In this document: positions 16,835 through 26,300 of the stretch, one piece after another
Position numbering within the stretch: position 1 is the first letter of the stretch
Layout: every line of letters starts with the position of its first letter
From: a virus
DNA length: 64,000 bases
IMG/VR virus record: IMGVR_UViG_3300025770_000012
Location: 1 to 64,000 of that record
Reading direction: 5' to 3' (one strand)
Notes under the pieces: generated by a model
Database searches by the model: none
What the model was told of the DNA's origin: nothing
Seen by the model: only the letters and a program-made list of their open reading frames with translations
Program-made: the position numbers and the translations under genes

Positions 16835-17995
16835 ATGAAACATAACGAGCAACTCGCTCGAATTTCAAAATCTCTAATCTTTAAAGAGCCCTTTTACGGG
16901 CTCTTTTTGGTTGGATTAAAAAAGAAATTCACTAAGGGCGTACCAACCGCAGGTGTTGCTAAACACAACATCGGCATACAACTTTACATAAACCCTACTT
17001 TTTTTGAAGGTTTAAGTGAAGCACACCAATTAGGATTATTAAAACATGAGTTACTTCATGTATCCTTTGGTCACATGACGTTAAGAGACTTGTACCCAGA
17101 CCATAAGCTATTTAATATAGCCGCAGACTTAGAAATAAATCAATACATAGATAAGGAAAACTTGCCTGAAGGGGGGATGGTTCTGAGTATGTTCCCTGAG
17201 CTGCACCTTCCACATAGAGCGGGAACTAAAGTTTACTATGACCTACTATCTGAGGGGCATAAGAACAAAACCTGCCCTGCGCTAGAAGAAATGATGGCAT
17301 GCAACGGTGGAGGAGAAGAGGACATCCATGCTACATGGGAAGAATTCGATTCTTTAGACGAAGCTGAGAAAAAGCTGATACAAAAACAAGTAGAACATCA
17401 GCTTAAAGAGACCGCAGATGTTATAACAAAGAAACAAGGGAGTATACCTGGAGAGTTAGCAGAGATTATATCTCGCTTATTAAACCCAGAACCCCCGAAG
17501 TTCAATTGGAAAGCATATCTACGAAGATTTGTTGGAAGCTCTAGTATAGTCTATACAAAAAAACTAAGACGTAAAGACAATAAGAGGTATTCAGCTAACC
17601 CGGGACTTAAAATAAAAGTTAAAAATCACATCCTGGTAGGAGTTGATACATCCGGATCTGTCAGCACAGATGAGCTAATAGAATTTATGCATGAGTTAAG
17701 TCATATGAGTAAAACTGGACATAAAATCACAGTTGCACAATGCGATACTCAATTAGTTAGCGTTGCAGAATTCGATCCAAAAAAAGATTGGGATATTAAA
17801 GGCCGTGGTGGCACTAGTTTTCAACCTGTAGTAGATCATTATAACGAAAAAGATAAGCAGTATACAGCGCTTATATATTTAACAGATGGTGAAGCTTATC
17901 CACCAGAAGACTGCCCAAAAAATACATTATGGGTACACAGTTCACAAAGCAGCATAAACGACAACCTTCCGGGGTTAAAAATTAAATTAAATTAA
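16835..17995 (+). CDS. DUF2201-type metallopeptidase plus vWA protein
   Basis: HELLH zincin motif, NIAADLEIN, MIDAS DTSGS, GRGGT, YLTDG. Confidence 0.92.
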   Translation: MKHNEQLARISKSLIFKEPFYGLFLVGLKKKFTKGVPTAGVAKHNIGIQLYINPTFFEGLSEAHQLGLLKHELLHVSFGHMTLRDLYPDHKLFNIAADLEINQYIDKENLPEGGMVLSMFPELHLPHRAGTKVYYDLLSEGHKNKTCPALEEMMACNGGGEEDIHATWEEFDSLDEAEKKLIQKQVEHQLKETADVITKKQGSIPGELAEIISRLLNPEPPKFNWKAYLRRFVGSSSIVYTKKLRRKDNKRYSANPGLKIKVKNHILVGVDTSGSVSTDELIEFMHELSHMSKTGHKITVAQCDTQLVSVAEFDPKKDWDIKGRGGTSFQPVVDHYNEKDKQYTALIYLTDGEAYPPEDCPKNTLWVHSSQSSINDNLPGLKIKLN

Positions 17996-18006
17996 AAGTA
18001 GAAAAC

Positions 18007-19188
18007 ATGGCAGAAGTCAATTTAAACATTGATGAGTTACGTACATTCGTAACTCACATAATCAACAACAACAGAGCTTTACAACAAGATGGGAAAAAAC
18101 CAGTAGCTGTAGAAGTCATAGGAGAATCAGGTATTGGTAAAACTACCAGCATCATGGACCTAGCACAGGATCAGGGCCTAGACTTTGTTAAGCTCAATCT
18201 AGCTCAAATTGAAGAATTAGGTGATTTGGTAGGATTCCCTATCAAGCAATTTCAAATGTACACAGAAAAAGACGGCAAGAAAGTCGGCAAATGGGTAGAT
18301 GAAGTTGCAGTTAGTGACCACTCTTCTCTAGGGTTTAAAACCACAGGTAAAAGTAAAATGGGATACGCAGCTCCTGAATGGATTGCAGACAAGAAACAAG
18401 GAGGTATACTTCTTCTTGATGATTGGAACAGAGCAGACGTTAGATTTATACAAGCGTGCATGGAATTAATTGATAGACAGCAATACATTTCTTGGACCTT
18501 GCCTAAAGACTGGCACATAATCCTTACAGCTAACCCGGACACGGGAGATTACATGGTAAACTCTGTGGATTCAGCTCAAAAAACTCGTTACGTTACCGCA
18601 AACTTAAAGTTTGACATGGATGTATGGGGACGTTGGGCAGAAGCGGAAGAAATAGATACTAGATGTATCAATTTCATGCTACTTAATCCAGAGTTAGTTA
18701 GTCAAAGTACCAATGCTAGATCCATTTCTACATTTTTTAATGCCATTTCTAGTATACCATCTTTTGAGGACCAATTACCTCTTATACAGATGATTGGAGA
18801 GGGCTCTGTGGGGATAGAGTTTGCAAGTATGTTTACTACTTTCATTAATAACAAGCTTGATAAACTAGTGACACCTAAAGAGCTTCTCTTAGGTGAGGAT
18901 GATAAAGCTACTATGAGTAAATTAAGAGTGTGTGTAGGAGCTAACGAAGAGTACAGAGCAGATATTGCTAGTATTCTTGCTACACGATTGGCTAACTACT
19001 CCGTTGTGTATTCAAAAGACAACACTATAAGCTCTAAAATAACAGATCGACTAATAACTCTTTGTACTAAAGAGTACTTTACAGACGATCTTAAGTATCT
19101 AATGGTTAGAACTATATTTAATGGTAATAAGCAAAAATTTAACAAAATGATGATGAATGCGGAAATCATCAAAATGACAATTAAGTAA
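18007..19188 (+). CDS. MoxR-type AAA+ ATPase
   Basis: GESGIGKT, LLLDDWNRA, TANP, DSAQKTRY, NARS. Confidence 0.88.
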   Translation: MAEVNLNIDELRTFVTHIINNNRALQQDGKKPVAVEVIGESGIGKTTSIMDLAQDQGLDFVKLNLAQIEELGDLVGFPIKQFQMYTEKDGKKVGKWVDEVAVSDHSSLGFKTTGKSKMGYAAPEWIADKKQGGILLLDDWNRADVRFIQACMELIDRQQYISWTLPKDWHIILTANPDTGDYMVNSVDSAQKTRYVTANLKFDMDVWGRWAEAEEIDTRCINFMLLNPELVSQSTNARSISTFFNAISSIPSFEDQLPLIQMIGEGSVGIEFASMFTTFINNKLDKLVTPKELLLGEDDKATMSKLRVCVGANEEYRADIASILATRLANYSVVYSKDNTISSKITDRLITLCTKEYFTDDLKYLMVRTIFNGNKQKFNKMMMNAEIIKMTIK

Positions 19189-19190
19189 TC

Positions 19191-20219
19191 ATGGCAACAA
19201 AAACAGTATTCCAGCCTTATAGGCCAGAAGCTGTTACTGCTCTGGGAATCACTGACGATCGGTACTATGGAATACCGATCGCCAGTGGTAACAGGGTTGA
19301 AACAGTTTTAATAACAGAATCAGAGTCTACGTACAACAAGTTAAGAGAAACTCTATCTACAGAAACAACTTCACAGTTGTCTTCTTTAAAGAGAGCTTTT
19401 ATTTTACCTTTATGTAACATATCTCAAGATAGAATAAAAGCAGCTCTTAAAGAACATAACATAACAGTAACTAATGATTATGAATTAGCAGATTGTATTA
19501 TAACCCACGAAGGATTTCATAGAAGACTTCAATCGGGGGAGAGTATACCATCCACAGCTTGTTTACTGCATCTAAGTAACTATTATACTAATGTTACTTT
19601 AACTACTGGTATATCACTATACCACGCTGAAACAGGAAACGATGTCTTTTTGGATGACAAATGTGCACCTGGAAACTCTAGGTGGAGAATCGCTACACTT
19701 AGCGCCCCTTATGATTGCTATGCTATCTCAGGATTAGCTATAGAGCTAGAAGAAAAAATACAAAACAACGAATTACAAGTAGTCTCAGTAGAGGCTGTTT
19801 TACAGTCGTCCGCTAACATAACTGACCTAACTGAAGAGTTAATAGAGAGTTTGGAAAGTATGCTAAATTCTCATGACGCAGAAAACTTGGCAGTAGTTTC
19901 ATCGATTTTACCCACGATAGAGGCTACTAAGTTTCCCTGGTTAATGTATAAACTAGCACAGACAATAGGGCACAGTGAAGGCAGATTTTCTAGACAAAAA
20001 GATGTGCTGTACTGGTGGGTCAAATCTGAGATTTCACGGTTATACGTTTGCAGTGCGGAAGAGGCTATTCAATTCTTTGAAGAAAGGGGTCTTCTAGATA
20101 AGCATACCTTTAGAATGCTTGAACCTATCTGTAGAAAGCAGATAGATATTTACAATAGAAGCCTATACACGTTTACCGTACAAGTAAAGCCTGAGTATAG
20201 ACACTTATTAACAGATTAA
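19191..20219 (+). CDS. Hypothetical protein with BRCT-like segment, paralog of the next gene
   Basis: NISQDRIKAALKEHNITVTNDYELADCIIT and SLESMLNSHDAENL. Confidence 0.8.
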   Translation: MATKTVFQPYRPEAVTALGITDDRYYGIPIASGNRVETVLITESESTYNKLRETLSTETTSQLSSLKRAFILPLCNISQDRIKAALKEHNITVTNDYELADCIITHEGFHRRLQSGESIPSTACLLHLSNYYTNVTLTTGISLYHAETGNDVFLDDKCAPGNSRWRIATLSAPYDCYAISGLAIELEEKIQNNELQVVSVEAVLQSSANITDLTEELIESLESMLNSHDAENLAVVSSILPTIEATKFPWLMYKLAQTIGHSEGRFSRQKDVLYWWVKSEISRLYVCSAEEAIQFFEERGLLDKHTFRMLEPICRKQIDIYNRSLYTFTVQVKPEYRHLLTD

Positions 20220-20229
20220 TAAATTAATA

Positions 20230-21363
20230 ATGATAGTTCATACACTAAAAACAGGACAGCAGAAAAACACCATTGATGTTTCAGGCAAGTGTTTCCTTTT
20301 GGAAGGCCAAACTTCATGGGGGGAACTTCCTACACAAATACGTGATATTATAGATAACACAATTAAAACCATAAACTTTAAACACATTGATAAAATATAT
20401 AGATACCCTAACATAGATCTGTCAAGAGATAAAATGGGTTTTTTAAAAAAAAAACATAATATTAAAATCACGCGTAAAAAAGAAGAAGCAGATCTACATG
20501 TAACCTCTGAAAAGATAATATCTGACTTGTATGTTACTAGATGGGGAGCCTATTTCATAGATAAACTTTCATTTCTAGAAGTTTTTGAAGCGAACCATGA
20601 AGTACAAATGCCTGACTGTATGCTTGAAATTCTAAATGCATTAAAAGATACAGATGGATTTTTAATATCTTCAGGATACGGATTTAAGAAGAGACTATCG
20701 AATCATCATAATAACCAAGAGCCAAGCGACCTGTTTATACAGGCTCTTTTAGACCGATGTTCAACGGGCGATAAAAGGGTTCATGGTGGTGGGCTATCAT
20801 ATCAAGTTATAGATACAAATAAGCTAGCGGATTATGAAAGTCTAATAGCTAATAAAAGTAAGGTGATGTTAGATGTAGATCTAAATGAACACACTGGATC
20901 AGACTCTATTACTATAGATAAGAAACAGTATGCTTCTTTAGAGACTATGTTGACTTCTACAGATAAAGATAATTCAACATTGGCACTGTCTATGATGGCC
21001 CATTGCAATCTTGCAAAATCTAAGACTATGTTAGCATTTTTATTTTTTCATTATGGAGATCTTATGAAATCAATGCCAGGTTGGAATCAAGTAGCCTTTA
21101 AGACGCTAAGAAAACGGTATTCTAAATATTGGCATTTATCGAATAGCTACCATTATAATGTCCCAGCCAAGTACGAGAACTTTGTTAGTCTTCTTATAGA
21201 AGATGGGGCCTATACTAAAGAAGCTGAAAAAAATATACTAGATTTAGTATTTGATACTGCAATCTTACAGAACAACATTGGTAAAACCAATAGTTTGTTT
21301 AGTTTACAGAGAAAAGACCTGAAAATGAACACTAAAAAATTAACACAAATAACCAGCAAGTAA
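20230..21363 (+). CDS. Hypothetical protein with BRCT-like segment, paralog of the previous gene
   Basis: DLSRDKMGFLKKKHNIKITRKKEEADLHVT and SLETMLTSTDKDNS. Confidence 0.8.
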   Translation: MIVHTLKTGQQKNTIDVSGKCFLLEGQTSWGELPTQIRDIIDNTIKTINFKHIDKIYRYPNIDLSRDKMGFLKKKHNIKITRKKEEADLHVTSEKIISDLYVTRWGAYFIDKLSFLEVFEANHEVQMPDCMLEILNALKDTDGFLISSGYGFKKRLSNHHNNQEPSDLFIQALLDRCSTGDKRVHGGGLSYQVIDTNKLADYESLIANKSKVMLDVDLNEHTGSDSITIDKKQYASLETMLTSTDKDNSTLALSMMAHCNLAKSKTMLAFLFFHYGDLMKSMPGWNQVAFKTLRKRYSKYWHLSNSYHYNVPAKYENFVSLLIEDGAYTKEAEKNILDLVFDTAILQNNIGKTNSLFSLQRKDLKMNTKKLTQITSK

Positions 21364-21403
21364 GCTGTTTGTTAGTTGATTGATAAATAGTGTTTAGATG
21401 AGG

Positions 21404-21437
21404 AGTGCCGAGGAAGAGTAATCCTTCTCGGCACTTT
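21404..21437 (+). terminator. Stem-loop/terminator closing the AAA-vWA cassette
   Basis: agtgccgag...ctcggcact followed by ttatt. Confidence 0.65.
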
Positions 21438-21461
21438 ATTAACAAATAAAAATAACTTAAT

Positions 21462-22226
21462 ATGGAAAAAGAAAACACAGAGCCAGTGGTTCTAATAGAC
21501 GGAGATAGTCTTCTCTACTTTGAGATGGGGAAGAACACCTTAGAAGAAGCCTTACTTGGCATCGACGAAAGGATTATGAATATGTTAGACGCAGGAAAAA
21601 CAAAACGATACGCCGGATTCCTAACAATAGGAAAATGTTTTAGGTACAAAGAAGCAAAAACACGTATATACAAAGGCAATAGAAAACGAGGAAGCAAACC
21701 AATCATATTTTACGCACTAGCAGAATATTTAAAACAACATTGGCAATTCACATATGTGTCAGCTTTAGAAGCAGATGACTTAGTAGCTATTTATAGCGCA
21801 GAGTATCCTGCGGCACTGATATGTAGCCCAGACAAAGATGTTCTACATCAAGTGGAGGCATCGCATTACAATTATAGAACCAGCAAATACATAACAACTA
21901 CTACGAAGCAGAGTGATACTTTCTTATGGAAACAGATGCTAATGGGAGATTCAACTGATGGAATAGTTGGGATCCCCAAATTAGGTGTAAAAACAGCAGA
22001 TAAGATGCTAGACCCCTTGAAAACAAAGGATATGCCAACTTTTGTGCTAAACAAATACATCGAAACCTTTGGAATTCACGAAGGAATTAGTAAATTTGGA
22101 GAAACCTTTAAACTTGTTTATATCTTAAGATCTCGTAAAGAAGCCTTACTAGAAACAGGAATAGAGTTAGACGATTTAGTCATTAACAAGGTAGAAACAG
22201 CAGAATCCGACGAATTATGGGCGTAA
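21462..22226 (+). CDS. 5'-3' exonuclease (T7 gp6 / FEN-like)
   Basis: LIDGDSL, YKGNR, LEADD, PDKD, GDSTDGIVGIPKLGVKTA. Confidence 0.92.
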   Translation: MEKENTEPVVLIDGDSLLYFEMGKNTLEEALLGIDERIMNMLDAGKTKRYAGFLTIGKCFRYKEAKTRIYKGNRKRGSKPIIFYALAEYLKQHWQFTYVSALEADDLVAIYSAEYPAALICSPDKDVLHQVEASHYNYRTSKYITTTTKQSDTFLWKQMLMGDSTDGIVGIPKLGVKTADKMLDPLKTKDMPTFVLNKYIETFGIHEGISKFGETFKLVYILRSRKEALLETGIELDDLVINKVETAESDELWA

Positions 22227-22975
22227 AATGTGATCAATTAGTATTTACACCTATCTCTCCTCTAACTTTTAGAGTGAGCGGTGGGACTAAGATATTAGAA
22301 TCACACACCCTTAACAATCTCATACAATCTGTGGAGGGCCCTGAAACGCATATACCTTTAGGAATCACATATATTGTAAAAAAACTGCGGTATAAAGTTA
22401 ATATCATTGAAGAAAGATGGACTCAAAATATTTTAGCCTACGATTTTACTACGGCGAAGAGAACAAAGTCTTCTATCTTCATGTTACCTATATTCGGAGC
22501 AAGCAGGAGTCTCTACTTATGGAGTCAACTGTTTATGAACTGCTTCATTGGAGAAGAAGATGGGACACCTGTTATTCAATTGCTGTATAGAGATTCAGCA
22601 GACCCGTTATTTATAGATTTTGAAAACGCCTTAAATCAATTTAGAACATTTAAACGACAAGAACGACCAGCTAAAGATTTTGTATTGTACACCTTTGCCA
22701 TACCAAAAAGACATTTAAAAACATACGACCATTTTAAAAACGGAGAATATTCAAAGCTGACCTTAACATATAAACATGCTATTTTAGATTTTCATGGGTA
22801 TGAAGTAGACAGTCTAATTGGACAAGTTCTATTTAAAACACCTACCCGTAAAAAAGCATTAGAGCAAAAAATAGGAATACTTCTACCTGAAGATTCTGAG
22901 TTACTAAGCATAATCAACTTAAAAGACGAAATATTCAACCCAAAAACATACTTCAATGAGCAACGACTACGATGA
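22217..22975 (+). CDS. Hypothetical protein
   Basis: 252-aa ORF overlapping both neighbours. Confidence 0.8.
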   Translation: MGVKCDQLVFTPISPLTFRVSGGTKILESHTLNNLIQSVEGPETHIPLGITYIVKKLRYKVNIIEERWTQNILAYDFTTAKRTKSSIFMLPIFGASRSLYLWSQLFMNCFIGEEDGTPVIQLLYRDSADPLFIDFENALNQFRTFKRQERPAKDFVLYTFAIPKRHLKTYDHFKNGEYSKLTLTYKHAILDFHGYEVDSLIGQVLFKTPTRKKALEQKIGILLPEDSELLSIINLKDEIFNPKTYFNEQRLR

Positions 22976-23270
22976 CGAATTACTAAAAGCCGGATATTAT
23001 TCTACTGACACAGCAGAATCCCCATTCGAGCGAGACGTGGACCAAATAGCTACACACATTACAAATATATTAAAAACCAAAAACAAAGCATATGGTAATA
23101 GTGCACTAGAACCTTGCAATATATTCAGTCAACTGGATGCTAAGGAGTCTATATGTGCTAGACTAGATGACAAACTAATGAGGATTAAAAACAAAGGCAT
23201 CACTGATGCAACTGAAGATACAGTAGATGATCTCATCGGGTATCTGTTTTTATTAAAAATGTCTATGTAA
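22956..23270 (+). CDS. DUF1599-like (nucleotide-modification-associated, all-alpha NTP-PPase-like) protein
   Basis: KNKAYGNS...RLDDKLMRI...EDTVDDLIGY. Confidence 0.8.
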   Translation: MSNDYDDELLKAGYYSTDTAESPFERDVDQIATHITNILKTKNKAYGNSALEPCNIFSQLDAKESICARLDDKLMRIKNKGITDATEDTVDDLIGYLFLLKMSM

Positions 23271-23304
23271 GTAAAAGGGGGGCTAATGCCTCCCTTTTTA
23301 CTTT
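23269..23304. terminator. Bidirectional terminator between the convergent replication and virion arms
   Basis: gtaaaaggggggc-taat-gcctccctttttac with A and T runs flanking the stem. Confidence 0.85.
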
Positions 23305-23344
23305 ACCAACTTAGGTACCCCCTTTTTTCCTGTGTAGCCGTCTT

Positions 23345-26300
23345 TTAGCGGACGATCTTATCTTGAGGATAGATCTCAGCAGCGCGCACTACCCCAGAGA
23401 GACCAGGTAAGAACTTCCAAGTATAATATCCTGGGCCTGTTCTGTCTTGTGCAGAATCTTCTCCGAAGAGTCCGTCTCGCATCTCATCCATAGAGTTCGA
23501 AGTCCACTTTAAACCTTGTTGAGCAAGTGAAATAAGTGGAATACCAGATGCTCTAGGTCCTGTCATCTCTGTAGGATCGTAGAATACAGCAGTCTCACGG
23601 TATATCCTATTGACCACACTCAATAGCTTTCTTCCAGCCCAAGATTGTTTTAGATCAACTTTATCATCATCGTCCCAGTCTCCTCCAAGCGCAAGCATGA
23701 GTCCTATTAAGAGGAACACCGCTCTAAGCTCCATGAGAGCTCCTCTAATGTTAGCACGTTTAAAGTCTAAAAACTTTTCAAAAGATACTTCCTTTTCTGC
23801 TTCATTTTTAAAATCAAATTCTGGGTTACCTTTTTCGTTCTCTATAAACTTTTCAAATTCTAACCGAGCTCTATTATCTTTAATTTTATAGGCATTAGTT
23901 AAACCAAAGGTTCCTATATCTACACCAATCTTAGCTAAATCAGTAAGAGCGTCTGTAGTAAAGATATGCATCCATGTCTCCGTGTCTACTACTTGCCCAA
24001 AACTGTCAAATTGTGCATCTGCTCCTATGTTGCCCCACATTGTCTTCCAAGTACCCTGATCAAAATTCTCCATAATATAATCATAGCGCAGGTTTCCAAA
24101 TCTTTCAATGGCAATACCAGGTAACCAAGATCTGTAATGGATAAACAGCCTGTTAATCAGCTTATTTTGAGAATTAAATCTATCCTCTTTAGGCACAGCA
24201 CCCTTCACTTTGGATCCTATTTTATGTACTTTTTGTTTAAAAGATACCCAATTTCTATTATTTTCTTTTAAATTCTCCACTTCAGGAATCTTAGTAAGAT
24301 ACCTATCTTGAGTTCCTGTACGTTCCCAGGTAGGGTTTTCTTCAATTTCAATAGTATCCCATATGGATTCTGTCCCTTCAGGAAGGTCCTTTAAAAGTTC
24401 TAACTTTTTTGTTTTTGGATTAATTCCGTAGTTCATAGCCATACCTGCTGCTAAAACAGCATCTAAAGTACGATCTGCTCGAGCTAAAAACTCAAACCAT
24501 CTATCCGCTGTCATGTATTTAGCACGAGTAGTAGATGATAGCATATCCGCACGCCTTGTAGACAAGTCCTCTAAGGTTAATTGAAAGTACTCAAATACTG
24601 CACGTAACTTAGGGTCTCGTGAGAAGTATGCTTTTTGTGCTGCTCTTAGATTAGATCTTGTTAAATATAATCCTTTAGAAGCTTGCATTTCTAATCCCAT
24701 AAATCCAGCACCCAAAGCTCCAATTGCTACTGGAGATTTTAAACCAAGAGTAGCTATAGTATGGTAATTTTTAGCTACTAATATAGTTTTATTAACACTT
24801 AAATCTTTACCGAAAGTTTTATCTTTAGTAACCAGACTTTGTCCAAAAAATTCTGCATTAATAAATTCGGTTATAGTACCAGCATTAGTTCTAGTAGCCT
24901 CTCCTTTTGCTCTACCAATAGAATCAAGAATTATATCCCCAAGTTTATCTTGTGTAGCTTCTTCTATATGAGAATCTTTAAAAAGACTTTCCATCATAAG
25001 CAGAGTAGGAGTTATGTCATTTAAATAGCTATACATATGAGCGGCGCTTCCTAGTAGATAAAGATTTTTACCTAGCTCTTTACTTTTTAAACTAGAATCA
25101 TACTTATCTTGACTGTTCTTTAAAGGAGTAACATGAAATCTTGGTATGCTACGAAGAAACTCTCCGTCCAACCCTACCATACCAAATTGCTTATCATGCT
25201 CCTTAAGTTGAAATTTATCTAACCATGCTTGCTTCATCTTTCCCATGTCAAACCCATCCTGTAAGAACTGGTCGATCATATTTTTATGAATATCTGCAAC
25301 ATAGTTATATTTCTTATCTACACCCATCAATCGTAAGAACTCAGATGTTTTCTTAATATGGTAATCATAAAAATCTTTAAGTACTGGAGAATTTTGAATC
25401 TTCATGTACTCAGGAGATAGATATTTACCCATCTTATTATTATCCTTGCCAGCCTTTAAAAAAGGGTTTGTAGGATTATACCATGCGGTCTCATGTTTAG
25501 GATTAAATCTAGTTTCCCACTTTGCTAGTCTAGAAGCCTGTGTTTTAGCACTTCCTCCTTTCTCTTTTAAAAGCTTAATTTGATTCGCTCTCCAATTCTT
25601 GTACTCTTTATCAAGTAGCTCTTGATCAACCTCAAAATACTGCTGTAACCATTTTATATCCTGATCCTCAAATGCCTTTTTTCTATCTTCAGTATACTTC
25701 TCATTAAATCTAGCATAGAGATTTCTAGTGTTAGGGTTAATAAGAACATCGTATACTGACGCGCCTGGGTAGCCATTTGCAGACCCCCACTCAAAAAGTG
25801 CATTAGTTTTAGATTCTATTTCAGTAGCTAGCTCTTTTTCTATTCTAACTAGGTGTCCTTCTATTTCAGCTTTAAAGTTATGTATCAACCTAAGCGCAGG
25901 GTGAGACTGACCTGATCTACTAACCCAGTCTGCAGTAAGCTTACCAACTTCTTTATTAAACTCTGTAATACCTCGAACCCCTTTATTACTAGCAGATACA
26001 TCAAGACGTTCCATCATCTTTTCTACTAAAGATTCCTGCTTTCTAGCTATGTCAGCATGTAATACTTCCAAATCTTTGGACAGTCTAGCTGCTGCATCCT
26101 TGTCTTTTTTTTCTAAAGATTTAATAATATCTGTCAGTGTTGTAAACTTACTAAAGTGCTTTAAATCCTGGTATGCATTATTTAGTTCTGCAGCAGACAT
26201 GTAGTCTGGATTGGGATCCCCATTTTTAAGGTACTCCTTATTAGTATTCAGGCCTTTTTCTATAACTTTTAACGTTTGAGAAACCTCCCTAATAACTGCA

